64,000 bases of DNA, taken from Phoronis australis (taxonomy: Eukaryota > Animalia > Phoronida). The position numbers and the translations under genes were made by a program. Positions 22,888 through 36,050 of this stretch are shown here, in pieces. Each line of letters begins with the position of its first letter. Position 1 is the first letter of the stretch. Below the pieces are notes generated by a model that did not search any database, was not told where the DNA came from, and saw only the letters and a program-made list of their open reading frames with translations. Location of the stretch: assembly GCA_002633005.1 (NCBI GenBank), contig NMRA01000142.1:664860-728859 (forward strand), given 5' to 3'.

Positions 22888-23665
22888 CTATGCTCGATCA
22901 TTCGCAGCTTGAATTTTCTTTGCTTGCATTTGTTCATTGTTTAGCTTAAATGTTATTGCTTTCAAGATATCCTCATTCAGAGGTGTTGGATTAAGTACCA
23001 AAAAGCTATCATAACATAACCTATGCTTGATCATTCACAACTTGAATTTTCTTGGTTTGCTTTTGTTCATTGTTCAGCCTAAATGTTATTGCTTTCAAGA
23101 TACCCTCCTTTAAAGGTGTTGGATTAAATACCAAGGAGCTGTCTTGACGTAAACTATGCTTGATCTTTCGCAATTTGAATTTTCTTTGCTTGCTTTTGTT
23201 CATTGTTCAGCTTAAATGTTATTGCTTTCAAGATATCCTCCTTCAGAGGTGTTGGATAAAATGCTAAAAAGCTATCTTAACATAACCTATGCTTGATCAT
23301 TCGCAATTTGAATTTTCTTGGCTTGCTTTTGTTCATTGTTCTGCTTAAATGTTATTGCTTTCAAGATATCTTCCTTCAGAGGTTTTGAATTAAATATCAA
23401 AAGCTATCGTAACGTAACCTATGTCTGATCTTTCAAGCAACTTGAATTTTCTTTGGTTGCTTTTGTTCATTGTTCGGCTTAAATGTTATTGCTTTCAAGA
23501 TATCCTCCTTCAGAGATTTTGGATTTAATATCAAAAAGCTATCGTAACGTAACCTATGCCTGATCATTCAAGCAACTTGAATTTTCTTTGCTTGCCTTTG
23601 TTCATTGTTCAGCTTTAATGTTATTGCTTTTAAGATATCCTCCTTCAGAGGTTTTGGATTAAATA
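22888..23665. repeat. Second array of the 133-134 bp satellite (~5.8 copies)
   Basis: Same unit as 18795-19545. Confidence 0.95.
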
Positions 23666-23889
23666 CCTTCTGAACATGAGCTGAAATAAATCACACCCAA
23701 GAGCTTGGTTAGTAAGATAGATCTGGTGAACAGTTTAATGTTAATAACATTGATCTCGTAAGCAGTTTAATGTTTAATAAAAAGCATTATTTTCCCTGTT
23801 ATTCTATCTAAAATGAAAATCAAATTAGTCTTTGGATTGTCATCAAATCGAATTTGGAAGCTTGATCGATCTACAGCCAGCTCTTAACT

Positions 23890-25560
23890 TTGCCCCTTTA
23901 ATATATTCCTTACGAATGTTTTCTAATTAACGGGTTAGTTTCAGCAACTCGTCCTCTGCAGAAAAATTCTGATTTGAAATAAAGTTTAAAGTTTCAATAC
24001 GACTTAATTTCAGGTCATTTTGTTTAGTATGGTTTTGCTTCTTTTTATTGACTGAGAATGGAGTTGTCATTGTTCTTAAATTAATCGGCACTACTTCAAA
24101 AAGAAGTTTATCACTAATTGAAAACTGAGAACAATCATTAAATTCAGTATGTTCGGGAAGATTTACCTTACACTCATTAACAGTATTTGCAATGACTTCT
24201 TTTTCTTGAATAACATACGTCTTGGCTAACAACAAAGAGTTGTTAAATCGCCAAAATCCACGTCCTTTTTTAAAATTGTAACAATACAATAGCCGAGTGA
24301 TCGTTCTGTACCCAGGTAGAATTATTGTATTTTCCAGAAACCTCGCGAGTTCCTCTGTAACTAAAAATAGTCACTCTAGCACACTTACCTGGATTTCTTT
24401 TAAACCATGTGTATTTTTTTCTTACAGGATGCCCAACTCTCCAAGGGTCAACCAAATTTAGCTCAACTTTCAACTCACTAAAAACCTTTTTATTGGATAA
24501 AGGATTGTTGTTTCACTTATAGTTACAACAATCCAAATCATAATCCTGGACGTCGTTCCAATCCCCACAAAGAATCACAAATTCTGATGTAAATTCATCG
24601 ATTAACGTCTGAGGTGTTGGAAAAAAAGAGGGGTATGTGGATCATAGATGTTAAAAATAGGTTGAATTTTCACTCAACTATCAAATCTATAGCTAATAAA
24701 TTACCAGACGAGGCGTTTGATATTAGAAACACTGAACTCAAAGTTGTTAGCAAATAATGTAGTAACTCTTGTAGAATTGCTCGAACGAGGGGAGAAGTGT
24801 AACATTCAAACCATCATTGAATTTTTACCTGCAAACAATAGATGAATTATTTTCAAAAATATATGCTTTATAAAATACACTATTATCGGTTGTTCCAAAA
24901 CTGGGCTTGGTGCAAAAATGGACATGACAACGACTCATCTGATTTCAGCAAATTTACTCATAATGCAAATTTTGATAAAACGTTCCTTGCTCAAGCCAAA
25001 TGTCTTCTGCTAGCTCACTCGCTTTTGCCGAGGACAACAAGTTATGCCACCTATTGACCAAAAAGTCCTGTTTTCATCGATGAATATTCCATTGCCAGCA
25101 TTCTTTCTTTTGTTGTAAAGAACTTGGCGTGCTTTGTGAGTTGCAAATGTTACTATAATTCTGTCACATATCCAGTGTGTCCTGTCGATATCTTTGGGTG
25201 TCATCTGATTAGTGAGATTCGTATCATTGATCATTGCCATAACTATTTCATCAGTATTTTCGTTTCTGTGTTGCTTTCCACTGATGATGAGGGAGTTGCG
25301 TCTGGAATATTGTTCCATTTCATCAAGTTTGTCACTCATTATGTCCATCTTTTGTCAAGACATTGGACATTTTCCTTGAGTCTTAATGCCTCTAGCCCTT
25401 CAGATTTCTTTCAGTCCACCCTCCATTTTGTTTTCAGCTTCACATACTCCTACAGTGTAATGTCAACCACTGTCTTAATCACGTCTTCAAGTTTTTGCAT
25501 GAATTCGACTAATTCAAGGCTAAGTTTATGGCTTCAACGGTCTTTGACATGATTTTAGCG
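23890..25560 (-). mobile_element. Degenerate L1/Tx1-clade non-LTR retrotransposon (ORF1 + APE endonuclease region)
   Basis: ORF1 DEMEQYSRRNSLIISG..DIDRTH. ORF2 LVDPWR..HP..KKYTW, DHSAI and GRGFWRFNNSLL. Confidence 0.85.
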
Positions 25561-26221
25561 AGACGGCACCATGTAGCAATGTGAGTTTAAAATCATGTCA
25601 TTTCCCGCCAATGTTATCACGTGATGGGGTGTTGCACAAATTTAAAGATTTAGAATTATTAAAAAATTATTAAAAAGGTTACATTTTCACCTTTTTGTTC
25701 TCTCCACTTGTTCTAGGTGTTGTCCTGTCCTCGTCAGTACATAAAACCAGTGGTAGATGAAGATAACAAAAATAATTTGTAGAATAATATGAGCAATTTT
25801 CCTCAGCGTCCTTCCTTCACCAGTTATGCTGGTTCTATTAGTCCTTCTACGAGTTACAGGGGGTGGCTCAACTCTCCGTGTGGCTCAACTTGTCGGGATC
25901 TCCCCTTCCATTATCAGATCTGATAAACTCAACACCACCCTATGGGCGATATACAGACGAATTGCATCAATACACGAATGTGTTTGGGACTGTGCCTAAA
26001 TTTTAGGACACTGACATTCATGGCAAAATTTATTGTCTTGATTCTGAAGAGTGGGATATTGGTAATTTTGCATTCATAATATTTCAAAAATATCGGACAC
26101 TGTGTCTGAAAATAGACTTAGCAGTTGATAGAATTGTCGAAAAAAAAATAACTGGCACAATGCTTTCATGGCTCCTTATTGTGCGTAACAATTCTAAGTG
26201 AATTATCTTTTATTATGATTT

Positions 26222-27336
26222 TTGAATTTGAGATGGCCAATATTGCCTATTCTTAAAATTTGGTGCAAGCCCCGTCCTTGAGCAAAGTAATTTTTCACTA
26301 TTCCAAACTTGAAAATTCTTTGTTGCAAGGTTATTCACTTGTGTCCTATCATTGATTGTATCACATCGTTTCAACCCTAATATTAAGTTTGTTTCTGTAA
26401 TAACGTAAATGGCATATTGTGAATTAGAACTTAGCTGGCAAAGTTTGTTCACATGCTTGACGGCCTAGAAAATTATTATACCCATTTAGAGTGGACTACA
26501 AAATGGACCCTTTTGTGGGGAGCTTCAATGAAAATGTCACGTTTCATGTGGGTTGTTCTAGAAAAGCCACGTCGATTCCAGAAATCGCTTCTTTTCACAG
26601 GGATTCTTGGACGGATGTTTTTTATCTCATTATTCCTGAAACAGTGGAAGAGCAGATGCCATGTTGTCAAAAATGTGTACATCTTTCTGACGGATTGTAA
26701 AAGGAACGAAACTCTTTGGAAAGTTTCGAACTCCGAAAGTGATTTAACGTACGGTCTGTTTAGTTGGTGATTGCTTTCNTTGAATTTGAGATGGCCAATA
26801 TTGCCTATTCTTAAAATTTGGTGCAAGCCCCGTCCTTGAGCAAAGTAATTTTTCACTATTCCAAACTTGAAAATTGTTTGTTGCAAGGTTATTCACTTGT
26901 GTCCTATCATTGATTGTATCACATCGTTTCAACCCTAATATTAAGTTTGTTTCTGTAATAACGTAAATGGAATATTGTGAATTAGAACTTAGCTGGCAAA
27001 GTTTGTTCACATGCTTGACGGCCTAGAAACTTATTATACCCATTTAGAGTGGACTACAAAATGGACCCTTTTGTGGGGAGCTTCAATGAAAATGTCACGT
27101 TTCATGTGGGTTGTTCTAGAAAAGCCACATCGATTCCAGAAATCGCTTCTTTTCACAGGGATTCTTGGACGGATGTTTTTTATCTCATTATTCCTGAAAC
27201 AGTGGAAGAGCAGATGCCATGTTGTCAAAAATGTGTACATCTTTCTGAAGGATTGTAAAAGGAACGAAACTCTTTGGAAAGTTTCGAACTCCGAAAGTGA
27301 TTTAACGTACGGTCTGTTTAGTTGGTGATTGCTTTC
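26222..27336. repeat. 558-bp tandem duplication joined at a single N (26779)
   Basis: ORFs 26453 and 27011 are almost identical and offset by 558. Confidence 0.9.
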
Positions 27337-27440
27337 CATCAGAGACCACCAATGAAATTCAACTCGGGTACAACTTGGAACATTGTATACTGCTGTAAAT
27401 GATGGCAAAATGTCAGAGAGAATTTTGGAGTGATTTAATA

Positions 27441-28080
27441 TTCCGCCCTCTCTCTAAGGGCCTTGTTCACTTACTGGATTTCTGAGTCTGGTTGACCTGC
27501 TTCTAGAATTAGGTCATGCAACGCTGGTAGCTGTAACCCTTGATCCCTGTTCTCCAGGATGAAGGAACACTCCAAACTTGATATACCCACAAGCATAGGG
27601 GAACACACCCTAAACACTGTACACACCATCGACAATTTTTCAGACAGTAACGCCATGGTCTTTGTCAGAGAGGAACACTGGCACTCAAGGAAGGCCAAGG
27701 AGGCCATCTACATTAAAAGCAGACATCAGGGCTCAAGGGTTACAGCTCCCAGCTGTGTACGACCTATTTCTGCATGCGCGCACCAAGCCCAAAAAATAGG
27801 AGGCTCAAAATTTTGAGAATGTGGACCTTCTACTATAAAAACAGTTCAGAGCTATGAATTGTGCATTCGCCAAATTCCTTTCTGGTGGTTTTTTTGTCTG
27901 GTTTTATACTTTTTTCGGACTTTGCGTTTCTCTGAGGCAGACCTTTTTGCCCACTTCTCTAAAAGGGAGGCTTGTTCGAATGCCGAGAGCCCCCCTGGGT
28001 GCGCGCATGTTCTAGAACCAAGTCAACCTGGCGTGGGAAATCAAGTCAGTGAACAAGGCCCTTATAAGAGAGAGGGCGGA
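27441..28080 (+). mobile_element. Penelope-like GIY-YIG fragment bracketed by ~70-bp inverted repeats
   Basis: RMKEH...SIGEH...HTID...REEHWHSRKAKEAIYIK. tccgccctctctc..aagggccttgttcact at ~27442 is inverted as agtgaacaaggccctt..gagagagggcgga ending 28080. Confidence 0.7.
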
Positions 28081-31000
28081 GACATCAGACTCACCAGACT
28101 CTCAATGCTTTTTATTAAGTGATTTACCTATTGGAAACCAATGAAAAATTTATTCAATCGTAGTAATTTAATGGTTCTTTACTAACCTGATTGATCACTT
28201 TTTCTATAGCCTGAGCCATGACCACTTGCTGCCAGTATTGTATAGCCTTTGTAAATCTTCTTATTTCCAAAGATGTTTAATGTCCACTAATGTAGTTTGT
28301 GAAAGCTTGTCTTAATTGAAGTAATACATTCAAATCTCATTATGACAAACTTTGGGGCCTTATTGAATACGTTCATTGTTGCTGTGGTTTGGTGTAACTG
28401 GTTCAACTTTTTAGAGAAAATAAAAATCATGGAATACCAATAGAGTTGGCTTTTAATTGAAGACATATAATATTAACAACTAGTTCATTGTAGATGTACA
28501 GATAAACTTGCACAAGCCAGAAGACTGCATAATGCAGGTCTTCACCTGACCTCGGACTAACTTCCGCATTACAGTAACATTTCCAGGAAATTCAGGCAGA
28601 CAGAATCGCACTGTAAATCCCCAGCACCTGCTCATTTACATGTAGTAGTAATCACAGCTAAGTCGTCAACTTCGCTCAACTGCTGTCGCTCCAAAACGGG
28701 CATCACAGGTCCTAATATTTAGCGTGGAACTTTAACTACAAAATTCTTTGCAGAAGTCTTCAAGAGTGTCAACAGCTCGGTTGACCGTCTGCTTGTTTGT
28801 ATTCGCAGCGTGTGTGATGGTTAGTGGTTTCACCCTGCTAGATTTAATTTTCAAAACCTCATTACTGCTACTGGAAATATGCAGATAACATCTACAGGTG
28901 AACATGTTTTGTTATAACTGCCTTTCTTTCCAAAGCACATTTTCTTTGTGTGCCTGGTGTTTGGGTGATAGGACCCTTCAGTTATTTCCTGAAGGTAATT
29001 ATCTTTGACTGACAGGCTCATGACATTTTTTTAAAAAACTTCTCAATTCAGAGTTCAAAATTTTCAAAGTGTCTTTAATAGGTGGTCTGCTTCAACTTTT
29101 CTTGGTGAGATGGAGACTGTCCAGAATGCATGGTGTCAAATGGTCACGTGGCTAATGATTAGTGCTGCCACCTGGCTGTGGAGGGAGGAACATCTTCGCT
29201 GTGAATGGTTTACAGGGGAATGCTTTCAACTTGACAAGGAACATTTTACATTATGTATCTCAAGGATATACTTTGTACACTTTACATGAGAGTGAACTTG
29301 ACTTCTGTCAGCATAGAGGCCATTATATAAATAAATTAGGATCATGTACCCAATTATGTACAAAATGTTACCCGGTTAAATTTCTCTTTAAAAATGGATT
29401 TATTTTGGATATGGTCTCATGGGTTAAATACGCATTTATACAGTAAATTTAGACCATTAGAACATTCTATGGTTGAAGACGCAATTTACTGAGGGTAGTA
29501 TTCACCAGTAGTAAAAAGTAAGGCAACATCCTACCCAATTAGGGGTGGATCCAGGATTTTTAGTTAGATGAGGGGCAGGGCAGAGTATTCGCCAGGATTT
29601 GCCCCTCAAACATTCTAACATGCCCCCAAACTGCCAAATGGAATCTGGGAAAATTTATGGGGGCATTGGCCCCCCCTTAAATCCGCCACTGCGCAACCCC
29701 CCTATAGACCATGACAATATGTATCCTAGTGTAGCGACGATACACCGCCTCCCCCTTCGATTGTGACTTATAGTTTTTGCCCAAAAGTCATAATATATGG
29801 CAAGTGTACAGGCATGTGAATGAAGAACCATGATGATCAAATTCAAGCTTAGTGCTTGTAAAAACAAACCATTTGAAAACCTTTGTACAATTTATTAAAC
29901 CAGTCAACAACGTTCAACGATAGATTGCACAACCATAACATTACTTTCAAGTAAGATACAACAATCTCTAACTAATTAGGAATCACATCAAGTTTAAAGT
30001 CTCAGAACAGAATAAAAACCTAACTTTCAGTCTTAGGACAATAAGATTGAAAAGTGAGTTTCAAAGTCTAGTCAAACTACAGAAACATATATTTTCTGGT
30101 TATAAACATCCAAATCCAAAAAGAACATGACTTCAACTTTATGGCCAAGACTTAAAGCAATGTTGCTTGTTTTCCCCATTGCTCTAACCGAATTTACTTG
30201 TTAAGTGGTAAATAACAACCTGCATTACATCAAAGAAAAACTAACTTCATTTAGGCCACTGGTACCACTTTAAGATTGATCTCAAATTGTTCTTTGCTCA
30301 ACTAAGAAGTGATTTTTGGTCTTTACAATTCGTTATTGCTCGAAACCACGTTCGGCCAATGAAACGGCACGTCGTGAAAAGTTGACTTGCAGCTTCCTGG
30401 TCACCAGCAATAACTAACTGCCAGGAATTTTTTGAGACCAATTTCACTGCAGTAAGTGTTCTAAATGAAAATTTGTTTTGTCACAGATGGGTTTATTTGC
30501 TGTAAAAGAGAAATTCCAGTAATGATAAAAAACTCACTTAAAAAGGATACCAAGCCCAGTACTGGCCTATTAACGGGATACTAAAACTGACTTTCCCATC
30601 CAATACTCCGAAACAAAATAACGCTCTACAAACCTCAAAAGTTTGGAGGGAAATTTGAAAACTCCTTTCAAAGTCACCAAAACGGGCAAGCTTCACCTAC
30701 ACTTTTAGCAAATTACATGGCAACTGACTAGAGGTTAAAATACCCCACCAAGGACCACAATATCCAATCTGTGACTTTGGGAGTATGAGTTTTTAGTGGA
30801 TTCACAGCTTTAACTTGGAAGGTTTGACACCAATGATGAATCAATAGGTGACAGAATGAGGATTGGTGGAAATGATTAAAGCGGTATCCTTTTATTATAA
30901 AAGTGGCTTCCATTACAAAAAACAACTTTTGATTTAGACCACAAACCCTCAAGAAATTGGTCTCAAATTGTTCCATAGTCAAAATGTAGACGATTTCAAT

Positions 31001-34000
31001 GCTTCACAAGAACTGGCCCAATTTACTTGAGACCACGGTCTACAAGTTGACTCGTCATGACATATCACTTTATGCACAGAGCATGATCTCAAGAAATGAT
31101 GAGCTGTCAGTTCTTGGCAATTACCAGATCAATTCGCTTCTCATCTTGGTAAGGAACAATTTAGACACTTAATGATCTAAATCAAAAATTCACTTCTTGG
31201 CAAAACGTGGGTTTACAGCCAATTACAAATTCATGAATTATGAAACTATATCCTGCTCCAATTTTCCAAACACTTTCTTTTTTTCAGAGCAGTAACATAA
31301 AAACTGGGTGTTTCCATGCTGCAAGGCCAGTGCACGAGACAGCAATTTCGGAAAGATTGCCTTTTAAGCAAATCTTCGCACGACATGTTTCATTCATGAA
31401 TTAAGTGGAAGATGTTGAGGTCATCAGATAGGAAGCAAACAAACATGTTTTACCCTAAAATATGCAACAAAAATACAGTCAGGTAAAATTTTGCTGTTGA
31501 TGACGGGATCAATTTGAGTTGACGTAAAAAATATGGAGTCGATAGTTCAAATCATCCACAACTTGGCCAGATACTTCTACGGATAATATGCACGTCTTGA
31601 AATGATTTTGTTCAGTGTTACTTGAATGACTGCTTATTATGAAACGATTTATTCACCATACATAACTTCCCTGCTTCCGAAAATGTCAATGAAAGAAAAT
31701 GAATTCCTTAGAGGAATGCATACTTGCCTAGTTGCAGTTCAGGTCCCATTTCTGGACATTCCATGGTATAAATAGGAACTAATTTGTCAACAGTGGATGA
31801 CAAGTAATGTCAAAACGTTTCCTCATGTGGTTACCACAACAGCACTGAGATTTAAACTAAGACTAAGTTTACAAATAAATACCCTCATCAGGATTACACA
31901 TTGGTTCCTCTCGGTCAAAGGTGGACCCATTTCAATTAGAACTTTAAAAGACACAATAAGTTTCCAAAGTTAAACGAAATCACAAAAACTTTAAGACAAC
32001 CAGATGTTTGCTATTTCTTTACAAAAATATAGGAATCTTTAGTAAATGTTTTTTTGATCTTCTTTTTGAAAAAAAATCTGATCAGCCAGATTCCTTCAAA
32101 CTTCTGCTGTAAAACAGAGGGTGGCCCCAATTACACATTCTAAAGGATTTGTCGATAAATTTGTAGTGGTCTGAAAAAAATTAGTCTGTCAGTCACTGAA
32201 AGATAGATCGAGAATCCAAAGGTAATTTTCCTTTTACAGCTTGATGAATGTCGGCTCCTGAACTGATGATGTCGAGTCACAGCCCGACATTCAACATGCA
32301 AACACTGTCTAAATCTCGATCTGGTGAGCGCTATAGCTCTCCACTTCTAAAAACATGGCTACTAATTGCAGCACTTACGAATTATTGAAGACCATGTCTT
32401 ATCAGTGTTATGATATGGTTGATATCAGCGCCTAACGTGCACATTAAAAAGTCATGCTATGTAATTGTAGACATGTGTGCACAACCCATTACCAAAACGA
32501 TAACAAGAAACGATTCCAGTTAATCTGCCCACACAGCGTGCCGCAGCCAATGCAAAGAAAAATGGTGAATGAAACCTGGGACGAATAAAACGTGGTTTGT
32601 ATTACTTATGATAGTCTCAGGTGAAACTTCAACTGAAAATGAAAGAGTTAAGTGAAATTTAACATGCGCATGAAAGATGCACTAATTTTGTTTCTTAAAA
32701 CAAAACAAACGCTGACATCAAAATAATCTGTTTATAATCCTAAAATATAACAGAGGCAAAATTTTTATGCAACTTTCGTTTTAGGAACAACAGCGTCTAA
32801 CGTCCAAGGTATAATTAAGTTACCCAACATGAAATATTTGACCACTTATGATATACCCCATCCATTTCTACAGCCAACAAGTTCTACCCTGCAAAAACCC
32901 GAATACCTTTAAGTCCACAACAAACTTAAAACAATAGCAACAAGAACTCGAAAACAAACAAAACTCTTTGAAGGGCAATTCTTGGTGAAACAAAACAAAA
33001 TGCGAGCAATAACTTAGTTCAACTAAAACCTAGTCCGTCTGGAAAATAGTATGGCTAAGCCAAAAACTGGTAATAACCAGCTGGCAGTCTAACCACATAA
33101 ATTTTCGAAAATGTCAATAGGACAGAAACTGTGACCAGGGTATTGCACAAACAAGTAAAAAAGGAAATTTAACACTACCAAGTGAGCTAACATGCACGCA
33201 AAAATTACTTTTGCCAAGTAGATTATGCATAGATAACAAATATACTGACAAACACTAACAAAGAATGCTCACTTAAATGAGCCAACAAAGATCTACCTTC
33301 TTGAATAACGTAAATCTCATCAGTTCATTACCCTCAGTGTTTCAAGACACTGTCCAATGGTAGCTATGGTACAAAACTTAAAACTGGAACAGCATTAATT
33401 TCTTGCTAGATATTTTTTGTGAAAAAAACGAGAAAATGAAATTTCACTTTAACTTAAAAGTCCCATAAACCTGCCTGACATCACAAAAAATAACACGATT
33501 TGGTTAAGACAGCTTACTACCCATGAAGGTGGTGTAAACATATAGGTGATTTCTCAGCTTGTAAAGAAATGACAGTCGAATGTTTCGAAAACAGGCTCAA
33601 AAAGACGGATTGTATAGCAGGTCATTGCAGGAGACAAGCTCTAGCATAGCCAGAAGCATTCAACAGGGGAGGCAAATGAGGTGCTGAAATGAGTGGTAAC
33701 TTGGCAATGGGGCAAGCTGATAAACCGCGGCTCATCTGAGTAAAGGGGAGCGTTCCATAGACCTGGTTCTTGTGAGAAAAGCAAGAAATTCCAGAATCAC
33801 GCGAGTGGAAAGCGAGTACGCTCGAGAGCTTATTCGTCAATCTTAACAAAATGGCAGACATGTGATTGGTCGGTGAGGTTAGTTTTGAATTGTGAGATTG
33901 AATTATCTGTATCCGTTTCATAGCCAAAGAATTTTCACATTAGTTTTATAAAGGTAAACAGTCGGAATCTAAATTTAGTTTCTTTGACAGAAGACATGTC

Positions 34001-34155
34001 TGTAGCAACCCTAAAACTCACTTGGAATACAGCTATACATGAGAAGGAAATGCTGTCACAAATATGTGTGTCGTCTTGAATAAATACATGGCATTAAAAG
34101 GAAATATTGCAAATGTCACTGAAGACGCAGGCCAGCAAACTATATACCAAACATA

Positions 34156-34386
34156 CAGGGTGTCCCAAAATTGCCCTGCATTGCTTTACAATGCAGGGAG
34201 TTTAAATTCAGTTAACATAGATCAGACTTTGGACCCCGGCATATTGTAAGGTTGCAACTTGTTGTGTAGGTAGGCAGGTGAGCAGGACATGTCTTATAAG
34301 CACTTAAACCAGTAATCTTGTTCCTTAGTCAATAAACAAGCCAGTTATTGTCATTTGAAACGCGAGTACACTTTTGGGACATACTG
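34156..34386. mobile_element. Tc1/mariner-type MITE
   Basis: TA-CAGGGTGTCCCAAAA ... TTTTGGGACATACTG-TA: terminal inverted repeats with a TA target duplication. Confidence 0.7.
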
Positions 34387-35828
34387 TATATCTCACAACA
34401 TAACCGCACTAAGATTTCAAAAAGAGGCTAAGCAAAGTAGGTCGCTGACAGCTGCAAGCCAAATTCTAGTAGAACGACATTCTATGAAGCAACGTCACTG
34501 GTTTCAGAATAAGTATTGCGTAATTAAATAATTCTATAAATCATACCAAACACATTTCACTGTAAATCACGGGTAATAACTAGTAAACACATCAAAGAAT
34601 AGTTCTGAAAACAAAATGTCAGGCTATGACAAGTATCATTTCAACATGTGGCCACCGGGATCTGATTTAAGAGGACGTTTGGCACAAGAACAACAACAGT
34701 TTTGTAAATTTAAATTCATCTCAGTAAATGGGCCACATTGCAGGATAATTCCGGTAAAGAAAGCGAGACTTTATGTGAACAAAAAACAAAGTACAGCTCT
34801 GACGTAATCGTGGATTCAATAATACTGTAGGCGCAATAGATGAGGCTTAACTCATTAATTGCAAAAGAGCAATAAAATATATTCAACAGTTTAAGTAAAA
34901 GATTGTCAACTTCTAACTTGTATAACACCACAACAGATAAGGTCATACTGTACTAAGTCCTGAATATTTTCCCTTCCAACCCCCTACCCTCATTTCTCTG
35001 AGAAGGTAGGCCCATCGGTAAATTAACTCACTTATTTTCCAATTGAACTGTCTGGAGGCACTCATTATAGATGCCAAAATTTTTGTTCTAAACTTACACT
35101 TGAAAAAACATTATTTTGTCAGATACCAAATAGGAGGTTTTGAGTTGTCCTCACGTTTTACAGTCTACTGTGCAAGAGCAAACATAACCTTTAAATTTAG
35201 GCCCTACCTAGTCAACTCATTGTGCATGCTTGATAGCTATGTCTTTGGCTAAAGACAATAAATATATGTATTGGACAAGTTATCCAACTTAAAATACTTA
35301 ACACATACACTTTTTAACAACAAGTATCCAGAACCAAGAAATCTGGAAGGTGGTAAATTAAATGAGACAGAACTTAAATTCATATCAACAGTAACAATAA
35401 TAGTAGCACCTCAGAGAACTAAGCTTTAAATGTTAATAATAATTTACAAATAATAACAACACAAACAAAAAGTATGATGGCAAAAAAATGAAACAAAAAT
35501 TAAATTATATGATAGGGATAACACTAAGGACAATTAAAATGATATTGGTAAAGGTTTGTAAAAATCAAGAGAAATTCCGGATTGTAAACACAGGACAAAG
35601 ACTATCATTGGCCAAGGTTAGCCTTCACTGTAATGGCTATTTTATTTGTGTTTGTTGTCTATTTAAGTTATCAATGTTTAATTTTGCTGCAAACTTAACA
35701 AGTTTGTATAAAAATCTCTTTAAAATGAGTGGATGCAGAGCACACGATGGTAGAGGGGTTATTCACAACTAGCCATCACCGAGTCTCCAAAGTGATCAAA
35801 AGCAGACCAACATGCCAATTGTATGAGA

Positions 35829-36050
35829 TCAGGAGAACTTCACATGACCATTTAGGAGACTTCCTCCGTTGACGCTGTCGTCCGTCATTTGCTTTTTGGG
35901 CAGAAAGTAGATGGCCACCGCCGTGTACACCTTGCCAAAGAGGAGAATGAGTATCCCAGAATGCACCACAGCTACTTGACGGTAGAAGGGTCCGTAGAAC
36001 GGGTCAGACACGGCTGGACATACGGAGTTGTTTAAGTTTACCTTGGAAAC
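35829..36050 (-). CDS. TMEM164: TMEM164 last coding exon (222 nt including stop)
   Basis: VSKVNLNNSVCPAVSDPFYGPFYR..H..L....GK matches the TMEM164 motif [21 protein letters not shown]. Acceptor TTTCTAG at 36051. Confidence 0.93.
   Translation of the reverse strand, partial: VSKVNLNNSVCPAVSDPFYGPFYRQVAVVHSGILILLFGKVYTAVAIYFLPKKQMTDDSVNGGSLLNGHVKFS

Larger units (their letters stand above)
16504..23665. repeat. Two tandem copies of a ~3-kb segment (16504-19545 and 19610-23665) separated by an N gap; copy 2 carries ~1 kb of extra sequence
   Basis: Near-identical ORF pairs: 16884/19938, 17782/21904, 18038/22160 and 18928/23021. Confidence 0.9.

Noticed and set aside
16504-23665. 3-kb duplication as paired LTRs or a composite element
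   Set aside because: The copies abut an N gap (19546-19609) with no internal gag/pol; they are probably two alleles.
26222-27336. 558-bp tandem duplication as a biological repeat or duplicated 105-aa gene
   Set aside because: The junction is exactly a single N, typical of uncollapsed overlapping alleles in scaffolding. The ORFs have no recognisable motifs.
32240-32300. CTGATGA plus stem (tgtcg/cgaca) as a hammerhead ribozyme
   Set aside because: The required GAAA after stem II is missing.
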